From a bacterium (GTDB taxonomy: Bacteria > Nitrospirota > Thermodesulfovibrionia > Thermodesulfovibrionales > JdFR-85): a stretch of 47,195 bases of DNA. Below are positions 39,705-47,195 of the stretch, one piece after another. The notes under the pieces were generated by a model. It was not told the DNA's origin, searched no databases, and was given only the letters and a program-made list of their open reading frames with translations. Location of the stretch: assembly GCA_036244995.1 (NCBI GenBank), contig BTTF01000003.1, positions 1 to 47,195 on the forward strand, written 5' to 3'. Within the stretch, counting starts at the first letter, position 1; the number at the start of each line of letters is the position of its first letter. Position numbers and translations under genes: made by a program.

Positions 39705-40965
39705 TATTTTCCCCTATGCCGTAAAGCCTTTTTATCATTGCAATCAGTACATCTCTGTCCTCGGAATCTTCCTTAAGTGCCACTGTGGGGGGATGAATGA
39801 GTTTATTGACCACTGCCGAGACAGTGTATTCAATTGCCTTTCTCTGTTTTTCGTCCACACCTTCAAGCCTGTTCATAAGCTTTTCAAGTTCTGCCTGCTT
39901 GATCTCCTCCGCCCTGTTACGGAGGGCCACTATAGTGGGAACTGAATCAAGGGATGTCTGCCATTTTAAGAATTTCTCAAGCTCCTCCTCAATGATCTCT
40001 TCAGCCCTCTCAGCCTCTTTTTCCCTTCCCATAATGTTTGAGTCAACAACTCCCTGAAGGTCATCCACATCATAGAGGTAGACGTTGTCAATATCATTTA
40101 TCTCCGGATCAATATTGCGGGGAACGGATATGTCGATTATAAAGACGGCCCTGTTCTTCCTGCCCTTCATTATCATCTGCATATCCGATTTTTGGAGTAT
40201 ATACGAGGGCGCACCGGTCGAACAGATAATAATATCCGTATTGACGAGTTCCTTTATAAAGTCTTCGAACCTTACGGCCCTGCCGCAAAACTCCCTTGCA
40301 AGCTCTACTCCCCGTTCATGGGTCCTGTTTACAACAGATACATCCGTTACCCCGCTTTTGATAAGGTGTCTGACTGCCAGTTCCGCCATCTCCCCGGCCC
40401 CGAGGAGCATGAATCTCTTTTCACTGAGATCAGTAAATATCTTTTTTGTTAGCTCAACAGCGGCATAACTTATGGATACGGCATTTTCAGCAATCCTTGT
40501 TTCCGTCCTCACCCTCTTTGCAACAGATATGGCCTTCTTCAGAAGCCTGTTCAGCAGGATGCCTGTAGCCCCCTTTTTAAGGCCGAATTCAAAGGCGTCC
40601 TTCAATTGTCCCAATATCTGGGGCTCTCCGACAACCATTGAGTCAAGGCTTGAGGCGACCCTGAAGACGTGCCTTATTGCATCCCTGTCAGTGTAGAAGT
40701 ACAGGGAGTTTTCAAGGGCTCCTGGCTCAATGGAATGAAATTCCGAGAGGAACGACTTTACGGAATCAATGGCCCTCTCAGGATTGCCGACATGGGCATA
40801 TATCTCAACCCTGTTGCAGGTGGAGAGTATCATCGCCCCCTTCACCTCCGGTATCTGAAGAAACCTGCTCAGTCCCTCCTCCAGTCCGGGGCCGTTAAAG
40901 GCCAGTTTTTCCCGTACCTCTACCGGGGCTGTTTTATGATTAAGTCCGGTTACCAATACCCTCAT
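39691..40965 (-). CDS. hemA: Glutamyl-tRNA reductase
   Basis: [52 protein letters not shown]. Start set at ATG 40965. Confidence 0.96.
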   Translation of the reverse strand: MRVLVTGLNHKTAPVEVREKLAFNGPGLEEGLSRFLQIPEVKGAMILSTCNRVEIYAHVGNPERAIDSVKSFLSEFHSIEPGALENSLYFYTDRDAIRHVFRVASSLDSMVVGEPQILGQLKDAFEFGLKKGATGILLNRLLKKAISVAKRVRTETRIAENAVSISYAAVELTKKIFTDLSEKRFMLLGAGEMAELAVRHLIKSGVTDVSVVNRTHERGVELAREFCGRAVRFEDFIKELVNTDIIICSTGAPSYILQKSDMQMIMKGRKNRAVFIIDISVPRNIDPEINDIDNVYLYDVDDLQGVVDSNIMGREKEAERAEEIIEEELEKFLKWQTSLDSVPTIVALRNRAEEIKQAELEKLMNRLEGVDEKQRKAIEYTVSAVVNKLIHPPTVALKEDSEDRDVLIAMIKRLYGIGENNGSQ

Positions 40966-41774
40966 CTTACAAAGCTGTGAACCCCCTTCAGTAACAGATT
41001 TACTCCAAAGAATGTAAACAGCACAATGGAGAACCCAAGAATTGAAAGTATTGCCGCCTTTTTGCCCCTCCAGCCCGCGGTCAGCCTTACATGCAGTACA
41101 AGGGCATAGATGAGCCAGGTAATCAGTGACCAGACCTCTTTGGGGTCCCATCTCCAGTAACTCCCCCAGGCGCTCTCTGCCCAGATGGCTCCGGTGATGA
41201 TTGCAAGTGTCAGCAGGGGAAAACCGAGTGTTATGAGTTTGTAGCTCACCTCATCAAGTATCTGGAGGCTCGGTAACCTCTGAAAGAGGCTTCCCAGACG
41301 TTTTGTCTTGACAAAATGTTCCTGAACGAGATACATAACACCTATGCCTGCGGCCAGGGCAAATGCAGCATCTCCTAAAAATGCCAGTGCTGTGTGAATG
41401 CCGAGCCAGTAACTCTTGAGCATCGGGCTTACAGGTGTTATCTCACGTGGCAGTATGGACGATGACAGCATAAGTATAAATACAACCGGCATTATAAAAG
41501 AGCCAAGCAACCCTATTTTGTACCTGTATTCAACATAAAAAAAGAGGAGGACGATACACCATGAAAAGAAAGAAGATGCCTCGTGCATATTTGTAACCGG
41601 TATGTGGCCGGAGAGGAGACTCAGGACAATATTGATGGTGTGGAGGATAAAGCCGATGGCAGCAAGGACAAGCATTATTCTGGTCGTTGCCCTGCTTCCC
41701 CTGAAAAGCTCTACAACTCCAACAATTGTTGCTGCAAAGTAAAAAGTCAAGGCGAGTTCAAAGAGAATAACCAT
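40962..41774 (-). CDS. ccsB: Cytochrome c biogenesis protein CcsA/CcsB (ResC/HemX-like)
   Basis: WWD motif WAESAWGSYWRWDPKEVWS, conserved His residues, multiple TM helices. ATG 41774 overlaps the upstream TAA. Confidence 0.88.
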   Translation of the reverse strand: MVILFELALTFYFAATIVGVVELFRGSRATTRIMLVLAAIGFILHTINIVLSLLSGHIPVTNMHEASSFFSWCIVLLFFYVEYRYKIGLLGSFIMPVVFILMLSSSILPREITPVSPMLKSYWLGIHTALAFLGDAAFALAAGIGVMYLVQEHFVKTKRLGSLFQRLPSLQILDEVSYKLITLGFPLLTLAIITGAIWAESAWGSYWRWDPKEVWSLITWLIYALVLHVRLTAGWRGKKAAILSILGFSIVLFTFFGVNLLLKGVHSFVR

Positions 41775-42577
41775 TAGAAACAACCAAGCTCACAGTCTGT
41801 AATCTTTATTCCAAGTTTATCTGCCAACTTACCTATTTCATGATAGGGAAGACCTGCTTGTTCTGCTATCTTTCTTGCCAGCTTGCAGGGAATTCTTTTA
41901 TCTTTTGTATGTTTGAGGAGCTCTTCTCCCGGATTGCTTCCAGTCTTCACAGGAGGGTTTGTCTCAATGTTAGACCTCTCTTCATTAGTCACATTTACTG
42001 AAGTCTCTGCCGTATCCCTTTTTTCTGTCTTATTCATGATGATAGCTTTGAGTTTGTGAAAGCAAGCCCTTTCCTTGATGCCAAGATGGATAATCTCATT
42101 CCTGTATGGTTCAAACTGCTCACGGTTTGAGGGGTCTGATCCGGGAATTTCATCCTGATAGATTACTATATCGGTTTTTTTGAGAATCCTCAAAGCAGAG
42201 GGCTTTAACCTTCCGGTATCCTTTCCAAAGACAAATATTACTATATCAGGGGATAAAAACTCAATTGGAGCGTTGCCTTCAACCACTATCCCCTCGCAAT
42301 GTGCGAGCATGTTAACGGCCATATCAATCGTCTCTTCAAGGCCGGCTTCAGGTGACTGAACCCAAAGCACATCCCCGGCCCCTGCACGACGGAAGCGGGA
42401 AGTATCCTTATCCTCCGGGGCCTCCGGATTTCGGGATACAGAGGTGTAAAAAGCGGTCTTTGTATACTTGATTGCACCCCATGAACCGCTGAGTAACTTC
42501 AGGAGGTTTTCGGCCACAGTGGTTTTCCCGCATCCACTATGTGCGCCACCAACAGATATAATGGTCTGACTATTCAC
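41774..42577 (-). CDS. MobB-like P-loop NTPase fused to a small Cys-containing C-terminal domain
   Basis: GGAHSGCGKTT, KDTSRFRRAGA, IVVEGN; C-terminus IPC..A..IA...G..AD.LGIKI..CELGCF. Confidence 0.7.
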   Translation of the reverse strand: MNSQTIISVGGAHSGCGKTTVAENLLKLLSGSWGAIKYTKTAFYTSVSRNPEAPEDKDTSRFRRAGAGDVLWVQSPEAGLEETIDMAVNMLAHCEGIVVEGNAPIEFLSPDIVIFVFGKDTGRLKPSALRILKKTDIVIYQDEIPGSDPSNREQFEPYRNEIIHLGIKERACFHKLKAIIMNKTEKRDTAETSVNVTNEERSNIETNPPVKTGSNPGEELLKHTKDKRIPCKLARKIAEQAGLPYHEIGKLADKLGIKITDCELGCF

Positions 42578-42617
42578 TTGGAATATTTTAACCCATTCAT
42601 CATATTTAAATCAGACC

Positions 42618-42644
42618 TAAAGTTTTACTCAATTAAGCCGATAA
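42618..42644 (+). promoter_or_regulatory. sigma28 (FliA) promoter of motAB
   Basis: TAAAGTTT-N11-GCCGATAA, an exact consensus match 13 nt before the motA ATG. Confidence 0.85.
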
Positions 42645-42657
42645 ATAAGAATAGATT

Positions 42658-43509
42658 ATGTTTGTAATAATTGGAATATTGGTCGTCCTGGGAGCTGTCG
42701 TTGGTGGCTACCTGATGGAACACGGCAACCTCAGTGTCCTGATTCAGCCGGCAGAGGTAGTCATCATATTCGGTGCTGCTATCGGCTCTCTTATCATAGC
42801 TGCCCCCCCCAAGGTCCTCTCAATGATACTGAAGAGCTTGGGAAAACTCTTCTCCTCGGGGGGAATGGGCAAGACCGGGTATATTGAACTCCTCGGCCTG
42901 CTCTATAATATATTTTCCAAAATCAGGAAGGAGGGGCTTATATCAATAGAGGCGGATATTGAGAATCCCGGGAAGAGCCCCCTGTTTTTAAAATACAAGG
43001 CTGTAATGTCCAACCATCATGCAGTAAGTTTCCTCTGCGATAACCTCAAGGTGATAATCTCCACAAATGTACCGCCTTATGAGCTGGACAACCTGATGGA
43101 GCTCGAGACAGACACACACCATGATGAGGCAATGATCCCGGCTCATAACATAGCAAGGGTTGCAGATGCCCTGCCCGGGCTCGGCATAGTGGCCGCTGTC
43201 CTCGGAGTGGTTCTTACAATGGGCAAGATTAGCGAACCTCCTGAGGTTCTTGGCGAGAGCATAGGCGCAGCGCTGGTGGGGACGTTTCTCGGGGTCCTGA
43301 TGTGTTACGGCTTTGTCGGCCCTGTAGCTACCAATCTCGAGGCAAAGGTAAAGGAGGATGGTGTCAGCTTTCAGATTATAAGGATAGCCCTGGTATCTTT
43401 TGTTGGGGGCTCAGCCCCGCAGATGGCAGTAGAATTTGGCAGAAGGGCAATTCCTACGTCTGACAGACCCTCATTCAATGAACTTGAAGAGACGGTAAGG
43501 AAGAAATGA
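42658..43509 (+). CDS. motA: Flagellar stator protein MotA
   Basis: QPAEVVII.GAA, RKEGLISIE, DALPGLGIVAAVLG, ALVGTFLG, AVEFGRR. Confidence 0.94.
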   Translation: MFVIIGILVVLGAVVGGYLMEHGNLSVLIQPAEVVIIFGAAIGSLIIAAPPKVLSMILKSLGKLFSSGGMGKTGYIELLGLLYNIFSKIRKEGLISIEADIENPGKSPLFLKYKAVMSNHHAVSFLCDNLKVIISTNVPPYELDNLMELETDTHHDEAMIPAHNIARVADALPGLGIVAAVLGVVLTMGKISEPPEVLGESIGAALVGTFLGVLMCYGFVGPVATNLEAKVKEDGVSFQIIRIALVSFVGGSAPQMAVEFGRRAIPTSDRPSFNELEETVRKK

Positions 43510-43535
43510 CCTATGGGTAAAAGAGAGAAAAGCAG

Positions 43536-44327
43536 ATGAAAGACTCAAAAATAATAATCAAAAAGGTAAAAAAGACCGGCGAAGGCGAACGTCATGGAGG
43601 AAGCTGGAAGGTGGCATATGCAGACTTTGTAACTGCGATGATGGCCTTTTTTCTCCTCCTTTGGTTAGTAACGATGGTCTCTCCGGAGAAACGTGCAAGG
43701 ATTGCTACATATTTTAAGGAGTTCAGTATATTCGAGAAGTCAGGCACATCCTTTATGGATAAGTCCAGCGAGATGTTTAATGAGCCGGGCGAGACCTCTG
43801 ATAAGGCATTCTCGGACAATTACGGGACCTTCGGAGACAATGGCATAACACCGGAGGCCCTACAGCAAGCCATAAAAGAGGCAGTTGAAACCCTGCTGGG
43901 CGATATAAAGGATCAGATACTTGTGAGGATTGTGAAAGAAGGAGTAAAAATAGAGATTATTGATAAAAACGGCAGTTCCATGTTCCCGTCCGGCAGCGCT
44001 GAACTTACCCCCAAGGCCGGAGAGATACTAAAGGTGCTTGCAGATAATATTAATAATATAAACAACAAGCTCTTCATAGAGGGACATACTGATTCATATT
44101 CTTATTCATCGAATAGTAATTATAGCAACTGGGAACTTTCTGCCGACAGGGCAAATGCTGCAAGACGGGACCTGGAAAGACTCGGGATAGCTCCGGCAAG
44201 GATAGTCCGTGTCGTTGGTTATGCAGATACAGCTCCGCTTTTTACGGATAGTCCGCGCGACCCGAGAAACAGGAGAATAAGCATCGTTATACTCTTTCCC
44301 GACAAAAAGAAAGCCGAAAAGAAATAG
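43536..44327 (+). CDS. motB: Flagellar stator protein MotB
   Basis: HGGSWKVAYADFVTAMMAFF, IEGHTD, NWELSADRANAARR, NRRISI. Confidence 0.95.
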   Translation: MKDSKIIIKKVKKTGEGERHGGSWKVAYADFVTAMMAFFLLLWLVTMVSPEKRARIATYFKEFSIFEKSGTSFMDKSSEMFNEPGETSDKAFSDNYGTFGDNGITPEALQQAIKEAVETLLGDIKDQILVRIVKEGVKIEIIDKNGSSMFPSGSAELTPKAGEILKVLADNINNINNKLFIEGHTDSYSYSSNSNYSNWELSADRANAARRDLERLGIAPARIVRVVGYADTAPLFTDSPRDPRNRRISIVILFPDKKKAEKK

Positions 44328-44496
44328 TTGGCTTCAATTCAGTATCCATGATTGAGAAGAGTATTCCCCTGGGCATATGGGGCCGGAGCGATGATCCATA
44401 CACTGCTTCTGAAATTTGCAATGCCTGTTTATGCTGCAGAACTGAGGGTTTAATCCGTATCCGGCAAGTAACACAGTCTTTTAGGTTGAAGGTTTA

Positions 44497-44526
44497 TTGA
44501 CAACCGTGATTAGTTTTGCTTATACT
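44497..44526 (+). promoter_or_regulatory. sigma70-type promoter of the Rieske/cytochrome b operon
   Basis: TTGACA-18 nt-TATACT. Confidence 0.6.
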
Positions 44527-44574
44527 GAACAACACGATTTAAAATATACCCGGTCTTTTTGGGGGGGGAGAAGT

Positions 44575-44985
44575 ATGAAGAGACGTAAATTTTTGAAATC
44601 ATTACTGGCTTTGCTTGGCTCAACAACTTTGATATCGTTTGCTTATCCCCTGGTCAGATTCATTTCCCCACCAGGTAAAAAGGTAGAAGTGAAACGATTG
44701 AGCCTTCAGAAAAATGAGATACCGGCCGGAGCAGCAAGGGAGATAGTCTTTAACGATACCCCTGCAATTATCATTAACAGACCGGGTAAAGGGTATATAG
44801 CCCTCTCAAGGGTATGTACTCACCTTGGGTGTCTTGTAGGGTATAATAAAGCGAAAGGCGAGCTCATTTGCCCCTGTCACGCAGGAATATTTAATTTAGA
44901 TGGAAAAGTCCTTTCAGGCCCACCCCCGAAACCACTTGCAGAATTCCCACTGCGTGTTGAGGGAGAGACTATCTTGATAGGTTAA
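44575..44985 (+). CDS. Rieske [2Fe-2S] subunit of a Rieske/cytochrome b complex
   Basis: Tat motif KRRKFLK, CTHLGC, CPCHAG, SGPPPKPL. Start set at ATG 44575. Confidence 0.92.
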   Translation: MKRRKFLKSLLALLGSTTLISFAYPLVRFISPPGKKVEVKRLSLQKNEIPAGAAREIVFNDTPAIIINRPGKGYIALSRVCTHLGCLVGYNKAKGELICPCHAGIFNLDGKVLSGPPPKPLAEFPLRVEGETILIG

Positions 44986-45044
44986 GGGAATAGATGCCGT
45001 ACAGGGTACGGTAATGATTAAAAAAATGCTAAAGCGGAGTCTTT

Positions 45045-46136
45045 ATGTGGCAAAGGATAAAGAAAGGTCTCGAAATAAGAATAGGTCTTGAGGACCTCAA
45101 TACTAAATTAAGAAGTTATCGTATTCCGAGAAATACGAACATCTTTTACACCCTTGGGGGTGTTGCTCTTGTTGCATTTATAATTCAGGCTGTTTCAGGG
45201 TTTTTTCTCCTTGTTTACTATGTTCCGCACCCTGAGCATGCATTCAGAAGCGTTCAGTATATAATGACGGCGGCACCTTTTGGATGGCTATTCAGATTAA
45301 TGCATGTGGTGGGAAGTAATCTGATGGTAGCAGTAATCTTTCTCCATATGTTTTCCGTGTTTTTTATGGGAAGCTATAAAAAACCAAGAGAGCTGACCTG
45401 GATTGTCGGCTGGTTAATGTTGTTTGTAACTCTCACATTTGCTTTCAGCGGATATCTTCTGCCCTGGAGTCAGTTGAGTTACTGGACCACAACCGTAATC
45501 ACCGCCATACCTGCTGCTTTTCCGTATGTCGGTGATTATGTTGCCAATATACTAAGGGGTGGTGAATTTGTTTCCGGCATAACATTGAACAGATTCTTTG
45601 CCCTTCATGTAGCGTTTCTGCCCCCTATTCTTGTAGCACTTATGGTTATTCATGTTTTTTTAATAAGGCGCATAGGTCTCTCTTCCCCCCCATTTGATGT
45701 ATCAGCTGAAGAAACAAAGCCCTGGACCGAATACAGGCACATAAGTTATCCTGACGGTAATTCATTTTACCCATACTTTGTACTGAAAGAACTGTATATG
45801 GTGGCGCTGTATCTTGTTGTAATGTTTTTCATAATTACTTTCATCCCAACGCTGTTTCTGCCCGAGACTTCCAATATTCCTGCTAATGCTCTGATGACGC
45901 CGGCTTATATAAAGCTTCAGTGGTACTTTCTGGCACCATATCAGATGCTGAAGCTTATTCCGAATAAATTCTTTGGGATAAGTATACAGATAGCCCTTAT
46001 AGGCACATTCCTCTTATGGCCGTTTTTTGATACAGAAACAGAGAGAGACATACTAAAGAGACCCCTTCTGCTTGCCACTTTTATTGTATCGCTGGTTCTA
46101 TGGGTCGTATTAACCATGTGGGGGAGGTCTTCATGA
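45045..46136 (+). CDS. Cytochrome b (b6-like N-terminal part fused to subunit-IV-like part)
   Basis: Four heme-ligand His (LMH...FLH; ALH...VIH), YKKPRELTW, GYLLPW.Q, RFFALH. Confidence 0.92.
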   Translation: MWQRIKKGLEIRIGLEDLNTKLRSYRIPRNTNIFYTLGGVALVAFIIQAVSGFFLLVYYVPHPEHAFRSVQYIMTAAPFGWLFRLMHVVGSNLMVAVIFLHMFSVFFMGSYKKPRELTWIVGWLMLFVTLTFAFSGYLLPWSQLSYWTTTVITAIPAAFPYVGDYVANILRGGEFVSGITLNRFFALHVAFLPPILVALMVIHVFLIRRIGLSSPPFDVSAEETKPWTEYRHISYPDGNSFYPYFVLKELYMVALYLVVMFFIITFIPTLFLPETSNIPANALMTPAYIKLQWYFLAPYQMLKLIPNKFFGISIQIALIGTFLLWPFFDTETERDILKRPLLLATFIVSLVLWVVLTMWGRSS

Positions 46137-46990
46137 GATATATTCTTGCAATACTGCTGCTTTTAACTCTTATAACTGTTACTACAAGTGCTGATGCAGG
46201 ATACAGGGATATTTTCGGAAAAGAGTTTCTTACCAAACCATGGGCGGGTGGACTTGTTGAGGAGAATGTATGCATTAAATGTCACACCTCGGATATTATA
46301 AAACCCGAGTTTCGTGATATCCCGCAGGAGTGGAAAAAGAGCTGGCATTACCAGAACAATGTTTCATGCCAAAACTGTCATGGTGGTGATCCTGAAGATG
46401 CCGAGATGGCAATGTCGCCTGAGAGGGGCTTTGTCGGCACGCCAAAATACAGTGATGTTCCTGACTTCTGTGGTAAATGTCATATCGGCATACTGAAAAA
46501 CTATCTTGAAAGCGGACACGGAAAGGCCCTTAAGGCCTCAAAAACAGGCCCGAACTGTGTAACCTGTCACGGCTCTCACAATATTCAGAAGGCGAGTATA
46601 AAAATTATAAATGAGTCGCGGTGTTCAAAATGCCATTCCTACGAAAGGGCCAAGATTATGAAGCAGGCGCTTTTTCTCACAGAAAAAAAGATAAGAGATA
46701 TAGATAATGACCTGAAGAGATTAAAGAGTGAGGGAGTTTTTACCGATGAGGAAGACAGGAGTCTCTTCCGTACCCATGTAGAATACCGTACCCTCTTTCA
46801 TATCGTTAATGTTAACCTCGTTAAGAAGAGTACAGACAAGTTTGCAAGGAAATTGGGTCTCATTGAGGAAAAGATAGATAAAACCTTTAAAGAACTTGAA
46901 TTCAGAAAGAACTTCTCTGCCTTTCTCCTGATGGTATTTGCCGGGTTGGCAATCGTCATATTTCTACTTTCAAGGACATATAAAGATTGA
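46133..46990 (+). CDS. Pentaheme cytochrome c with signal peptide and C-terminal membrane anchor
   Basis: CIKCH, CQNCH, CGKCH, CVTCH, CSKCH; ATGA overlap with cytochrome b. Confidence 0.9.
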   Translation: MRYILAILLLLTLITVTTSADAGYRDIFGKEFLTKPWAGGLVEENVCIKCHTSDIIKPEFRDIPQEWKKSWHYQNNVSCQNCHGGDPEDAEMAMSPERGFVGTPKYSDVPDFCGKCHIGILKNYLESGHGKALKASKTGPNCVTCHGSHNIQKASIKIINESRCSKCHSYERAKIMKQALFLTEKKIRDIDNDLKRLKSEGVFTDEEDRSLFRTHVEYRTLFHIVNVNLVKKSTDKFARKLGLIEEKIDKTFKELEFRKNFSAFLLMVFAGLAIVIFLLSRTYKD

Positions 46991-47195
46991 TGAAGTCGTG
47001 AAAAGTCTGAAAATGCCCTTTTTACAAAACCGTCAGGATTTATAAAACTAAAATGTCTTCTTTCTGTTTCTTATCCTGAAGCTATCTCGAAGGCATCGTG
47101 AAGCTCAAAGACTTTTTTTCAGCCTCAAGATTACCTCTTAAAGTTGAAAAGCTCATAGAGCAGAGTAAAGACAAGACTTAAGGAGTCCCGTGCCT

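Noticed and set aside
47133-47195. Possible C-terminus of a minus-strand gene entering from the right edge
   Set aside because: Only about 20 codons are visible, too few to identify.

Overview
Mostly core-genome DNA of an anaerobic Gram-negative bacterium. Gene content and order suggest Nitrospirota/Thermodesulfovibrionia-like affiliation; this is inference, not searched. The left edge (1-3.4 kb) is accessory: the 3' part of a Y1/HUH (RAYT-like) transposase ending in CTGACCCC repeats, an antitoxin with a nonsense-disrupted ParE/RelE toxin, and a GT-C membrane glycosyltransferase. The core genes follow in order: gyrA, holB-ricT-metG, tRNA-Ser, rpsU-yqeY-nif3-dnaG-rpoD-tRNA(CAT)-zinc ribbon-rnpB, nfeD-slipin, yceD-rpmF-plsX-fabH, a Zn-ribbon response regulator, acyP-bioB-bioW-lipid kinase, porCDAB-mglBA, recN-ferredoxin, GT2-flippase-trmH, a GAF-GGDEF gene with a sigma54-like promoter, a MobB-like gene-ccsB-hemA-hemC-cobA/hemD operon, motAB with a sigma28 promoter, and a Rieske-cytochrome b-pentaheme cytochrome c operon. 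The strongest unusual signal is a perfect 28-bp inverted-repeat element with GGGGTCAG...CTGACCCC ends inside helix P12 of the RNase P RNA. A second, degenerate copy abuts the rnpB 3' end, and both share the CTGACCCC motif that terminates the transposase. Several other short-repeat classes (7-, 8- and 9-mer based) occur, some inside essential genes. The cytochrome b has LQWY instead of the PEWY Qo motif.
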